Shown in pieces: positions 1-9,234 of a stretch of DNA of 37,061 nucleotides. The stretch lies in assembly GCA_046861395.1 (NCBI GenBank), contig JBHHUC010000017.1, positions 1 through 37,061 of the forward strand, in the 5' to 3' direction. Below the pieces are notes generated by a model. It was not told where the DNA came from, searched no databases, and was given only the letters and a program-made list of their open reading frames with translations. The translations under genes were made by a program, and so were the position numbers. This DNA comes from Fidelibacterota bacterium. GTDB lineage: Bacteria; Fidelibacterota; Marinisomatia; Marinisomatales; JABMOV01. Each line of letters begins with the position of its first letter. Positions within the stretch are counted from its first letter, which is position 1.

Positions 1-2037
1 GAAAAAATCCAGATTGTTCTCCGAAATATCGCCGGGGCCGCGGTCAGGGCCGATAATATGACGGAATTACTGGATCAGATATGCCGGGAATTGATGGACA
101 TCGTGGATGCCACCAATTTCTTCGTGGCTTTGTTTAATAAAACGACCGGAATGATGGAAGCGCCCTTTGAACGGGACGAATCCGATCCCGTCATTCGCAC
201 CTGGCCACAGAAAAAATCATTGTCGGGATATGTGATGGAAAAAGGAGAAACAGTCATACTTAGCGGAGATGAAATCCGCCACCTCCATCAAACCGGCGTG
301 GTAGATATCATTGGTACCATACCGAAAATCTGGATTGGCGTACCGCTGCGGGAAGAAGGTGAGCCGGTCGGTGCCATGGTGATTCAGAATTATAAGTCAC
401 GGCAGGGATATACAATGGGCGCGGTCAAGGCCCTGGAGGTGGTGGCCCATGAATTGAGCCAGTATATTATCCGGATGCGAATCCAGGAAGCGCTACACGA
501 CCGGGAAGAACAGTTATCGCACCTGGTAGAGGCGGCCCAGGATGCCATCGTAATGATTGATCCATCGGGAAAAGTGGTGCGTTGGAATAAGGCGGCCACG
601 AAAATATTCGGTTTCACCTGGGACGAAGTAAACGGGCAATCGCTGCACAACTTCATCGTGCCGGAAAAAGCCAGGGAACGGATGACGAAGGGTTTCGATC
701 ATTTCAAAGCCACCGGTAAAGGGCCGATGCTGAATAAGGTATCCGTTGTGACGGGAATACGAAAATCAGGGGAAGAATTTCCGATCGAATTGTCCCTGGC
801 CCCGGTTCACATGAAGGATGGAATCTATGCTGTCGGCATAATGCATGATATTACCGATCAGGTCAAGGCGCGGGAAAAACTGGAACAAGCCCTGGCCGAA
901 GCACAACGAGCCAATAAAGTGAAAGATATGTTCCTGGCCAATATGTCCCACGAAATTCGTACACCGTTAAATTCTATTATGGGTTACACTTCCCTGATTG
1001 CCGACACGCTGCGGGATAAAATTCCCCCGGAACAGCAGGAATTCTTCCAGATTATTCACCAGAGTGGCCGGCGATTGATGCATACCATTCATGAAATGCT
1101 GGATATGTCCCAGATCCGGGCCGGAACCATCCAACCGAACCCCGAGCAATGTAATCTGGTGCAAATCATTGAACAGATTATCGCTGAGATCGAACCGACG
1201 GCCAAACGGAAGGGATTGGATCTTTCTTTCAAAAACAGAACAAGAAAAGCATGGGTTATGGCGGATGAGTATCACATTTCTCAGGCCATCCAGAATGTAT
1301 TGGACAATGCGGTAAAATACACGGAAAAGGGCGGCGTTACCGTAACATTGCGACGAACACGGCGGCAATTGGTTCTGATCGTGGCCGATACGGGTATCGG
1401 GATTGATCCGGAATATCAGAAGCGCATGTTTGAACCATTTACACAGGAGAGCGAAGGTTTTTCCAAGGCCTATCAGGGAATCGGACTGGGCCTGGCTCTG
1501 ACCCGGCAGTATCTTGACTTAAACGACGTGAAACTATCGGTAACAAGCACACCGGGGCAGGGAACAACCTTCACCATGTTCTTCAAGGCGTTACCGGCCC
1601 GAGCTGCCGGCACAACCATAACGGCCAAAGACCAGACTCCGGTTCAACTGGTGTGGCAAAAACCCCTGAAACTTCTGATTTTGGAGGACGATCCCATGTC
1701 CCGGAAATTCCTGTCCTACATGCTGGGCAAGAAAAATGAAATACAGATCGCGGAAACGGTGCAAGACGCCAGGAAGATATTAAGACGAACCTCAGTGGAT
1801 ATGGTCCTGTTGGATATCTCTCTGGCAGATGGCAGTGACGGACTGGAACTGGTGCGATGGATGCGGAAGCAATCGAAAATGCAGGACATACCCGTAATTG
1901 CGACCACAGCCCACAGCGGAACAGACATACAGGAGAAGTGCCTGTCCGCCGGATGTAATGATTACATTGTCAAACCCATCGACCGCAGTGAATTATTTGA
2001 AAAATTAACCCGGCTGAAACGCCAACGGGGTCATTGA
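1..2037 (+). CDS. Hybrid sensor histidine kinase/response regulator (GAF-PAS-HisKA-HATPase-REC), 5'-partial
   Basis: Frame is open from position 1. GAF (WIGVPL...GAMVIQNY), PAS (AAQDAIVMID...WNKAATKIFG), H-box NMSHEIRTPLN, N-box NVLDNAVKYT, G-boxes DTGIGI and GIGLGL, C-terminal receiver (LEDD, LLDISL, KP). Confidence 0.93.
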   Translation, partial: EKIQIVLRNIAGAAVRADNMTELLDQICRELMDIVDATNFFVALFNKTTGMMEAPFERDESDPVIRTWPQKKSLSGYVMEKGETVILSGDEIRHLHQTGVVDIIGTIPKIWIGVPLREEGEPVGAMVIQNYKSRQGYTMGAVKALEVVAHELSQYIIRMRIQEALHDREEQLSHLVEAAQDAIVMIDPSGKVVRWNKAATKIFGFTWDEVNGQSLHNFIVPEKARERMTKGFDHFKATGKGPMLNKVSVVTGIRKSGEEFPIELSLAPVHMKDGIYAVGIMHDITDQVKAREKLEQALAEAQRANKVKDMFLANMSHEIRTPLNSIMGYTSLIADTLRDKIPPEQQEFFQIIHQSGRRLMHTIHEMLDMSQIRAGTIQPNPEQCNLVQIIEQIIAEIEPTAKRKGLDLSFKNRTRKAWVMADEYHISQAIQNVLDNAVKYTEKGGVTVTLRRTRRQLVLIVADTGIGIDPEYQKRMFEPFTQESEGFSKAYQGIGLGLALTRQYLDLNDVKLSVTSTPGQGTTFTMFFKALPARAAGTTITAKDQTPVQLVWQKPLKLLILEDDPMSRKFLSYMLGKKNEIQIAETVQDARKILRRTSVDMVLLDISLADGSDGLELVRWMRKQSKMQDIPVIATTAHSGTDIQEKCLSAGCNDYIVKPIDRSELFEKLTRLKRQRGH

Positions 2038-2082
2038 CACAGGGCGGATGGATCGGAACCGGTTACGATCCTCATTGCAGGC

Positions 2083-3402
2083 ATGAATCGAATCTCTGAA
2101 ATAGAATTGCTGTTACCGGCCGGCGACTTTCAGAAAATGAAATACGCCTATGCCTATGGTGCCGATGCCACCTACCTGGGCATTCCCCGCTTTTCGTTAC
2201 GAGCCCGGGAAAACGGATTTAAAGAAAACACGGTGGTTTCCGCCATACACTACGCACATGAGCTTGGGAAAAAAGTGTATCTCACCGCCAACATTATCCC
2301 ACATAATCATAAAGTGCAACCGTTTCTCCATTATGTCGACCGGCTCCTGGCGGAGATCCAACCGGATGCCTGGATCATGTCTGATCCTGGAATTATCGCG
2401 GCCATGAAGGAGAAACATCCCGAACAGAATATTCATTTATCCGTCCAGGCCAATTGCACCAACTATGCCGCTGCCCGCTTCTGGCAATCCATGGGAATTG
2501 ACAGGATAATCCTATCCCGTGAACTTTCACTGAAGGAAATCGGGCAGATCCGCGCGGCCTGCCCGGATCTGGAGCTGGAAGCGTTTGTGCATGGTTCCAT
2601 CTGTATTGCCTATTCCGGTCGTTGTCTCATATCCAATTATATGTCGGGACGGGATCCCAACCAGGGCACATGTTCCCATTCCTGTCGCTGGGTATATAAG
2701 GTTTATGCGAAAAACCCGGAGGAAACTCCGGTGGCCGACAATGATTACACACCTTTGTCGGGAGATTACTATCTGGAAGAAAGCAAACGGCCCGGTGAAT
2801 TCATACCTATTGATGAGGATGAAAATGGTACCTATTTCATGAATGCCAGAGATCTTTGCGCCATTGAATATTTATCGGATCTACAGGCAGCAGGCGTTAA
2901 CAGTTTCAAGGTGGAGGGCCGTAATAAATCCGTGTATTATACGGTTATCATTGCGCGGGCCTACCGCTGGGCCATGAATGATTTATACCGGGGAAACCCC
3001 TTTAATGCGGACCATCTGGCGGAAGCCCGTTCCACGGCGAACCGCGGTTTTATTCCCGGTTTTCTCCTTGGTAACCCCGGGGCTGTCGCACAGAAATATG
3101 ACAGTGACCGGCCGGAAAAAGCCACCCATCGTTTTGCCGGTATTGTTCACACTTACGACGAGAAACTAAAACGGATTAAGGTGGAACCGCGCAACCCGAT
3201 CCGGGTTGGTATGACACTGGAATTGATTACACCGGATCAGACATCGATATTTCCGGTGACGGAATTATACAATAATGATATGGAAGCGATCGAAATAATT
3301 CATGGAGGATTGCATTATTGCTGGATCCCCTGCCAGCAGGACCCGGGTCCAATGGCCCTGCTCCGGGAATCTGTGGTATCCCCGGTTGGCAGTGAATTAT
3401 AA
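2083..3402 (+). CDS. trhP: Peptidase U32 family protein, prephenate-dependent tRNA U34 hydroxylase TrhP/YegQ
   Basis: N-terminus ELLLPAG...YAYAYGADATYLG.PRFSLR resembles YegQ. Fe-S cysteine motif EAFVHGSICIAYSGRC...NQGTCSHSCRW, KVEGR, C-terminal U32_C domain. Confidence 0.85.
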   Translation: MNRISEIELLLPAGDFQKMKYAYAYGADATYLGIPRFSLRARENGFKENTVVSAIHYAHELGKKVYLTANIIPHNHKVQPFLHYVDRLLAEIQPDAWIMSDPGIIAAMKEKHPEQNIHLSVQANCTNYAAARFWQSMGIDRIILSRELSLKEIGQIRAACPDLELEAFVHGSICIAYSGRCLISNYMSGRDPNQGTCSHSCRWVYKVYAKNPEETPVADNDYTPLSGDYYLEESKRPGEFIPIDEDENGTYFMNARDLCAIEYLSDLQAAGVNSFKVEGRNKSVYYTVIIARAYRWAMNDLYRGNPFNADHLAEARSTANRGFIPGFLLGNPGAVAQKYDSDRPEKATHRFAGIVHTYDEKLKRIKVEPRNPIRVGMTLELITPDQTSIFPVTELYNNDMEAIEIIHGGLHYCWIPCQQDPGPMALLRESVVSPVGSEL

Positions 3403-3492
3403 CAGGATGATGGGGATAAGAATTAATCCCAGCATGACAATCAGCAGACCAGTTTCAATGAGCAAGGATTGGGAATGGCGTGAACGTTTCAT
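3397..3492 (-). CDS. 31-aa single-TM microprotein (MKRSRHSQSLLIETGLLIVMLGLILIPIILL)
   Basis: ATG lies 2 nt after the TGA of the upstream small ORF. Basic N-terminus followed by a hydrophobic helix; same residue register as the upstream microprotein. Confidence 0.6.
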   Translation of the reverse strand: MKRSRHSQSLLIETGLLIVMLGLILIPIILL

Positions 3493-3494
3493 CG

Positions 3495-3587
3495 TCAAAC
3501 CTGAATAAGGATAAAGGGTGAAACGGTCAACAGAATCATGATCGTAAACGCGATCCCGTCGGTAATGGTATTCGGAGCATGTTTCAT
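3495..3587 (-). CDS. 30-aa single-TM microprotein (MKHAPNTITDGIAFTIMILLTVSPFILIQV)
   Basis: Translated by hand. SD-like GAAAGGA immediately upstream (gaaaggaaaaaacATG). Hydrophobic C-terminal helix. Absent from the ORF track because it is <60 aa. Confidence 0.65.
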   Translation of the reverse strand: MKHAPNTITDGIAFTIMILLTVSPFILIQV

Positions 3588-3625
3588 GTTTTTTCCTTTC
3601 TTTGATTAAACATGCTACCTTGAGA

Positions 3626-3642
3626 TACAAAGCCCGTGCCAA
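3626..3642 (-). promoter_or_regulatory. Putative sigma54 (-24/-12) promoter TTGGCACGGGCTTTGTA
   Basis: Matches YTGGCACG-N4-TTGCW with correct spacing, except GT in place of GC at -12. Predicted +1 near 3615, about 28 nt before the ATG at 3587. Confidence 0.55.
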
Positions 3643-3766
3643 GGAATCAACAACTCCGTATGTGCAGATATACAGTCAGTTACATAAATATTGTCTTTAC
3701 GCGAAAGAAAATATTATATAAAAATGATATAAGAGTATTTCAATTTCATCCGAAGCAGGAGACGAA

Positions 3767-4417
3767 TCAGCGAAGGATATTTTTCAGAACGACTTCGGTG
3801 CCGTTAATGACAAATTGTACTGCAATGACTAAAAGCATGAGCCCCATGATTCGCTGAATGATGCGCATTCCGCTAAAGCCGATGGCTTTCATGATCCGGT
3901 CTCCATTCCGTAAAATGAGATAAACAATGGATAAAACGACAAGAATGGCGGCGATCAATGAAAAATAGCTGTAAATCGCCGGTGTTTGACTGGAAAGAAG
4001 CATAGCGGCCGTAATGGCCCCCGGTCCGGCGATGAGAGGAATGCCAATGGGACTGATAGCAATGTCATCATGGGATTGGGATTCTTCCTGCTCCATGGGT
4101 GTGGTTCGGGTTCGTCCGACCTGAGCTTCCAGCATTCTCAGACCGCTACGGAAAAAAAGAATGCCTCCCATGATCTGAAAGGCTTCCACCGTAATACCGA
4201 AAAAATTGAAAATCAATGAACCCATGAAGGAAAAAACAATAAGTGTCATCATGGCCGTGATGGTGCCTTTCAGGGCAATGTCACGACGCTGATCCCTGGA
4301 AAACCGTTCTGTCATGACAATGAGAAGCGGAGATATTCCCAAGGGGTTAATCAGCGTGAAAAAAGTTGTCAGACAGAGAATGAAAAATTCGAGTTCGGTT
4401 TGAATGAAATTCAACAT
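3767..4417 (-). CDS. MarC family (UPF0056) inner membrane protein
   Basis: INPLG, FGITVEAFQIMGGILFF, PIGIPLIAGPGAIT, RIMGLMLLVIAVQ motifs; about 6 TM segments. Confidence 0.92.
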   Translation of the reverse strand: MLNFIQTELEFFILCLTTFFTLINPLGISPLLIVMTERFSRDQRRDIALKGTITAMMTLIVFSFMGSLIFNFFGITVEAFQIMGGILFFRSGLRMLEAQVGRTRTTPMEQEESQSHDDIAISPIGIPLIAGPGAITAAMLLSSQTPAIYSYFSLIAAILVVLSIVYLILRNGDRIMKAIGFSGMRIIQRIMGLMLLVIAVQFVINGTEVVLKNILR

Positions 4418-4419
4418 AT

Positions 4420-6048
4420 CTACATTCGATCGGGGGCCTGAATTCCCAACAGGTTCAAACCGTTCCGCATGACAATCTGAACGGCCCGGATCAAGGCCAG
4501 CCGAGCCTGACTCAAGTCCTTGTCATCCGTAAGGACACGGCAATCGGTATAAAAACGGTGAAAGCCGGTGGCTAAATCCTGGAGGTAATTGGCAATGGAT
4601 TGTGGTTCCAGGGAATCCAGTGCTGCCAACATGACGGCCGGGAAATTGGCCAGTGATTTCAGTAAATCCAGTTCCACTGGATGGGTCAGGCCGTGGGGCT
4701 GGAATTCACGGTTGAAAACAAAACCGGCGGTTTCTCCCCGTTTCAAGATATTGGCAATTCTGGCATGGGCATATTGGAGATAAAATACAGGATTTTTATC
4801 GGATTGATCCTGGGCCAGATCCAGGTCAAAATTCAAATGGCTGTTCATGCCCCGCATGATAAAGAAATATCGAACCACATCTTTTCCCACCTGCTGGGTC
4901 AGATTGGACAACGTAATGAAATTAGCCTTGCGGGTGGACATTTTCACTACTTCTCCATGACGGATGAGAGTAACGAACTGATGAATCAGGACCCGGATGG
5001 CTGACGTGTCATATCCCAGGGCCTCCAGGGCGGCAAGTACGTCGGGATAGGTGTCCTGATGGTCGGCCCCGAAGAGATCCACGATCAAGTCATACTTTCT
5101 CTGAAGCTTGTGCCGGTGATAAGCCATATCCGGCAGGCGGTAGGTCGGTTCGCCTGAACTTTTAATGAGGACACGGTCCTGGTCTTTGCCCAATTTTGTC
5201 GTACGGAACCAGGTGGCGCCTTCTGCATCATAGGCCAGGTCCCGATCTCTCAGGGCTGATACAATGTCTTCAATATCGCCATTGTCGTAAAATATCTTTT
5301 CATTGGTAAAAACATCATGGACGATGCCCAGATCCTGTAAAGCTGTTTTGATTTCAGAAAAAATCATCTCTTCGGCCGCCTGACGAAAGCGGGAATCATT
5401 CGGCGGGAGCTGATCACCATAGACTTTTATGAGTTTTGCGGCCACATCCTTGAGATAATGACCTTGATAACCTTCCTCCGGCAGAGGAACATCCCGGCCC
5501 AGAGCCTGGAAATACCGGGCTTCCACCGATTGTCCCAGAACACGCATTTGCCGTCCGGCATCATTGTAATAATATTCCCGGGTTACCTGATATCCGTGCC
5601 AGGATAGAATGGAGGCCACCGTATCACCCAACACGGCCTGACGACCGTGGCCAACGGTCAGAGGACCGGTGGGGTTGGCGCTGACGAATTCTACGTTGGC
5701 CGTTTTTCCCCCTCCTGTTCCCGATTTTCCGAAATCATCCTGCCGGGTCAAGATGTCGTTCAGAATGCGGTATAAATAGTTCGGACTTATGGTGAAGTTG
5801 ATGAATCCCGGCGGTGTGACTGTCACCCTTTGGATCCAGTCCGAATCCAATTCCAGGTGATCTTTGATTTCTTCCGCGATACGAAGGGGATTTTTCTTCA
5901 GCGGTTTGGCTAGCAGCAACGCCAGGTTGGTGGACAGGTCGCCGAAAGTGTGATTTCTGGGTGGTGTCAGTTGGTAGGCGGGAAGTGCAATTCCCAGACT
6001 GTCAGCAGCCCGGGAAAGGGCCTTATTCAGATAGGTTTCCAGGTTCAT
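4420..6048 (-). CDS. argS: Arginine--tRNA ligase
   Basis: FGDLSTN, VEFVSANPTGPLTVGHGR (HIGH region), GADH, KMSTR, NPVFYLQYAHAR, C-terminal LGIQAPDRM. Confidence 0.97.
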   Translation of the reverse strand: MNLETYLNKALSRAADSLGIALPAYQLTPPRNHTFGDLSTNLALLLAKPLKKNPLRIAEEIKDHLELDSDWIQRVTVTPPGFINFTISPNYLYRILNDILTRQDDFGKSGTGGGKTANVEFVSANPTGPLTVGHGRQAVLGDTVASILSWHGYQVTREYYYNDAGRQMRVLGQSVEARYFQALGRDVPLPEEGYQGHYLKDVAAKLIKVYGDQLPPNDSRFRQAAEEMIFSEIKTALQDLGIVHDVFTNEKIFYDNGDIEDIVSALRDRDLAYDAEGATWFRTTKLGKDQDRVLIKSSGEPTYRLPDMAYHRHKLQRKYDLIVDLFGADHQDTYPDVLAALEALGYDTSAIRVLIHQFVTLIRHGEVVKMSTRKANFITLSNLTQQVGKDVVRYFFIMRGMNSHLNFDLDLAQDQSDKNPVFYLQYAHARIANILKRGETAGFVFNREFQPHGLTHPVELDLLKSLANFPAVMLAALDSLEPQSIANYLQDLATGFHRFYTDCRVLTDDKDLSQARLALIRAVQIVMRNGLNLLGIQAPDRM

Positions 6049-6397
6049 CGCTCAATTCTTCCATGGGCGCGTCGGCCCAGAGTTTTTCCAGATCATAATA
6101 ATTTCGTTCCTGGGTACGGAAAACATGAACGACGACATCAATATAATCCAATAAAATCCAACTTAGATGTTCGTAACCTTCAGTGTGCAACGGCTTGTGC
6201 GGTGTACCCCGGCGAATGCCATCAGCAATGGCTTTGACCTGAATATCCGTGTCAGCGGAGCATATCACAAAAAAGTCGGTAAGACTGGAAATGCCCCGGA
6301 CATCAATTACCAGGACGCGATCAGCCTTCTTATCCAGGGATAAGTGTCCGATCAGATGTGCCAGTTCTTGTGGGGTATCAGGGGATGATAAATTCAA
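6023..6397 (-). CDS. rsfS: Ribosome silencing factor RsfS (Iojap)
   Basis: DKKA, IDVRGISSLTDFFVICS, WILLDYIDVVVHVF, R.YYDLEKLW. TTG start overlaps the upstream stop codon. Confidence 0.96.
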   Translation of the reverse strand: MNLSSPDTPQELAHLIGHLSLDKKADRVLVIDVRGISSLTDFFVICSADTDIQVKAIADGIRRGTPHKPLHTEGYEHLSWILLDYIDVVVHVFRTQERNYYDLEKLWADAPMEELSDEPGNLSE

Positions 6398-6957
6398 TCG
6401 TTTTTCGCAGTAAATATCGCTTTAGTCGCCGGCAAGGTACGGAAATCTTTACCGATGATGACGGACAAAGCCACATCGGCGGACGGATCCGGTTTTACGG
6501 CAATTCGCCGTCGATCGTTGATATCAAAGCCCAGAGCGTTGGTTACCCGTTGTAAAGCATCCAAATTTTCATCCTTCTGAATGATGATCGTTTCATTGTA
6601 TTCAAAATGATCGGCATTTTCCGACCGGACAACATCCAAATTATGGTCCCGCAGATATTCGGATAATTCTGCTGCCACTCCAGAGACACCACATCCGTTA
6701 AGGACTTCAATCTTTATGTCCAGAATAGGTCGCTGCTCATAGAGTTCGGCAGCCGTTGTGGTTACGGTTTCGTTGGCAGGGAAGGTTGTGCTCATGGCCA
6801 CACCCGTTTGAGGGTATTGTTTTGAAAAAGAAAAGATAAAACCAAAAATAATCAACGACAGGATTGCGATGGACGCATTAATGATCGTATCCTGCCAGTT
6901 TGCCGTGCGGGATTGACGCTTCTTTGGTTTATGTTTTCGGGATCGTTTCGCGGCCAC
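6394..6957 (-). CDS. LytR C-terminal domain-containing membrane-anchored protein
   Basis: Basic N-terminus, one TM helix, then IEVLNGCGVSGVAA...NAD...VIIGKDF, typical of LytR_C. Confidence 0.88.
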   Translation of the reverse strand: MAAKRSRKHKPKKRQSRTANWQDTIINASIAILSLIIFGFIFSFSKQYPQTGVAMSTTFPANETVTTTAAELYEQRPILDIKIEVLNGCGVSGVAAELSEYLRDHNLDVVRSENADHFEYNETIIIQKDENLDALQRVTNALGFDINDRRRIAVKPDPSADVALSVIIGKDFRTLPATKAIFTAKND

Positions 6958-6960
6958 GTG

Positions 6961-7422
6961 TCAGAACGTACGAGAAAAGGGTGAATAGATGCTACGGCCA
7001 TAGGACGGATAATTGCCGATGGAAAGACTGAACACGGAATTCTCTGTGGGTTTCAACAATAACCGGGATTGAAAAAGAACGCCACCGGTAAAACCATTGC
7101 CGTTATTTACGGGCGAGGACATCATCGGTTGGTAGAGTGTAATGTCCGTGTCCAGGCGGAAATTCTTATTGATCCAATACGTCATTTGGTTGGTATAACT
7201 GCCAACACTGACCGATAAGCCTTGTCCTAACGACATCATGGACATGGAAAAACCGTGATGCATTTCAAATTTATCCGATGGCAGCAACTCCGATCCAGGT
7301 CGCTCTTGCAGAAAGGAATGAAATGTATCCGGTCCGTTTACTCCCGGTAAGTCGGCAATCCTTTGGCCAAACATGAAGCCAGCCAACAGAATCATGGTGA
7401 ACAGTTGTGTATTACTTTTCAT
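6961..7422 (-). CDS. Hypothetical exported protein
   Basis: Signal-peptide-like N-terminus, beta-strand-like alternating pattern, C-terminal Phe. Overlaps the upstream gene and ends 3 nt before the downstream gene. Confidence 0.75.
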   Translation of the reverse strand: MKSNTQLFTMILLAGFMFGQRIADLPGVNGPDTFHSFLQERPGSELLPSDKFEMHHGFSMSMMSLGQGLSVSVGSYTNQMTYWINKNFRLDTDITLYQPMMSSPVNNGNGFTGGVLFQSRLLLKPTENSVFSLSIGNYPSYGRSIYSPFSRTF

Positions 7423-8155
7423 GGTGCGCTTGGAAAATACGATTTAATTCAGCCAATTGCTGAGGTGTATTTACGCCCGAAATTTCATTATGATCCCGGA
7501 CAATTTCAAGTGCTACTGTTTTTCCCATGTCGGGAAAATATTGTAAAACATCCGGCAGGTAATATTCGCCTTGGCTATTGTCATTATTGATCATAGTCAA
7601 AGCCTTGAAACACACCTGAGCATCCATGACATAAATCCCGGCATTGATTTCATGAATCGTTAATTGGTTAGGAGTACAATCCTTATGTTCAACAATGGCC
7701 TTTAGACTGCCGTCGGAATTGCGAATGATGCGACCGTATCCGCTGGGATCGTCAAAGATGGCAGTCAGCAAGGTGGCACCAGCGCGGGTAGACCGGTGTT
7801 TCTGCAGCAAGCCGTGGATGGTCTCCGGTTTCAGCAGGGGTACATCACCGGATAAAATCAATAGATCGCCATCGAACCCGGATAACATATCGGCAGTTTG
7901 TTGGACGGCATGACCGGTCCCCAGTTGCTGAGCCTGGATAGCCCATTCTGTTCCGGTGGGACGCAGAGCTTCAATTACGAAATTTTTTTTGTGCCCGATG
8001 ATACTGATGATGCGCTGGGAGCCAATAGCCTGAGCCAGTCCCACTACATGAAGGAGCATGGGTTTTCCTCCTACCGGGTGGAGAACTTTAGGTAAATCGG
8101 ATTTCATGCGGGTCCCTTTCCCCGCGGCCAGTATGATCGTAACAAATGGTTTCAT
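7412..8155 (-). CDS. Sugar-phosphate nucleotidyltransferase, GlmU N-terminal (uridyltransferase) domain only
   Basis: [57 protein letters not shown]. Ends at 247 aa without the hexapeptide-repeat domain. Confidence 0.92.
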   Translation of the reverse strand: MKPFVTIILAAGKGTRMKSDLPKVLHPVGGKPMLLHVVGLAQAIGSQRIISIIGHKKNFVIEALRPTGTEWAIQAQQLGTGHAVQQTADMLSGFDGDLLILSGDVPLLKPETIHGLLQKHRSTRAGATLLTAIFDDPSGYGRIIRNSDGSLKAIVEHKDCTPNQLTIHEINAGIYVMDAQVCFKALTMINNDNSQGEYYLPDVLQYFPDMGKTVALEIVRDHNEISGVNTPQQLAELNRIFQAHHEK

Positions 8156-9234
8156 GAAGGAATTTCCTTTAAAGCTTCTTCAATAACAGCACCACCAAGG
8201 CAATAGTCGTCACGGTAAAATACGACGGATTGTCCTGGTGTGACGGCGAATTGCGGCTGTCGGAAACGGACGGTAATCTTTCCGTTATCACGGGGTGTAA
8301 CCGTGCAGGGTACATCCTGTTGGCGATATCGGATTTTAGCGGTACAGGTCAGGGGCAAGTTTTCCGGCTGGATCCAATGGACCTGATCCGCCTGGAGGCC
8401 GGCGGCATACAATGCCGGGTGGTCATGGCCGGGAACAATTACCAGTTCATTGGTATTCAGCCGCTTTTCAGCTACATACCACGGAACTTCAAGGTCCGTA
8501 TGGCCGCCTCCCACACCAATACCTTTTCGCTGGCCGATGGTGTAATACATCAAACCACGATGCTGACCAACGGTTTTTCCATCGATGGTAATAATGCTTC
8601 CCGGTTGAGCCGGTAAATATTGTTCCAGGAAAAAGCGGAAATTCCGTTCCCCAATGAAACAGATTCCGGTACTGTCCTTTTTACGGGCATTGATCAAATG
8701 GGCTTCCCGGGCCAAGGATCGGACCTTGGTTTTTGCAATATCCCCGATAGGAAACAGGACTTTTGTCAGGACGGAAGCGTTGAGAGCGTATAAAAAATAG
8801 CTTTGGTCCTTGGCCGGATCGGCCCCGCGCATGAGACGTAATGTGTCCGATTGGCGGTCCAGACGGGCGTAATGTCCAGTGGCAATCCAGTCGGCCCCCA
8901 AATCAAGTGCGAAATCCAGAAAAACCTTAAATTTGATTTCCTTATTGCATAGAATATCCGGGTTGGGTGTGCGGCCGGCCTGGTATTCTCTGAGGAAATG
9001 CTGAAAGACTCGTGCCCAGTACTCTTTGGAAAAATTGACCGTGTGAAGGGGCAAATCAAGCCGGTCACATACGGCCAGAGCATCGTCATAATCCTGTTCT
9101 GCCGTACATTCATCGTCGCCTTCCCAGTTTTTCATGAACAGACATTCCACCTGATAACCCTGATCCTTGAGGATGAGCCCGGCCACAGCACTGTCCACGC
9201 CACCACTCATTCCCAGTATGACGCGGTCAGCCAC
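8152..9234 (-). CDS. mnmA: tRNA-specific 2-thiouridylase MnmA
   Basis: SGGVDS PP-loop, [42 protein letters not shown]. Start reassigned to GTG at 9234, overlapping the iscS 3' end; 360 aa. Confidence 0.97.
   Translation of the reverse strand: MADRVILGMSGGVDSAVAGLILKDQGYQVECLFMKNWEGDDECTAEQDYDDALAVCDRLDLPLHTVNFSKEYWARVFQHFLREYQAGRTPNPDILCNKEIKFKVFLDFALDLGADWIATGHYARLDRQSDTLRLMRGADPAKDQSYFLYALNASVLTKVLFPIGDIAKTKVRSLAREAHLINARKKDSTGICFIGERNFRFFLEQYLPAQPGSIITIDGKTVGQHRGLMYYTIGQRKGIGVGGGHTDLEVPWYVAEKRLNTNELVIVPGHDHPALYAAGLQADQVHWIQPENLPLTCTAKIRYRQQDVPCTVTPRDNGKITVRFRQPQFAVTPGQSVVFYRDDYCLGGAVIEEALKEIPS

Noticed and set aside
2034..2069. TTGACA...TACGAT as a trhP promoter
   Set aside because: The spacer is 24 nt, too long for sigma70; TTGACA coincides with the kinase stop codon.
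3397..3642. 81-aa ORF in the track (MARALYLK...)
   Set aside because: Its TTG start lies inside the sigma54-like motif with no SD. The region is better explained by two small ORFs in different frames, the second being its last 31 aa.
3767..4417. MarC as an antibiotic-resistance gene
   Set aside because: The name is historical; MarC family proteins are not established resistance determinants.
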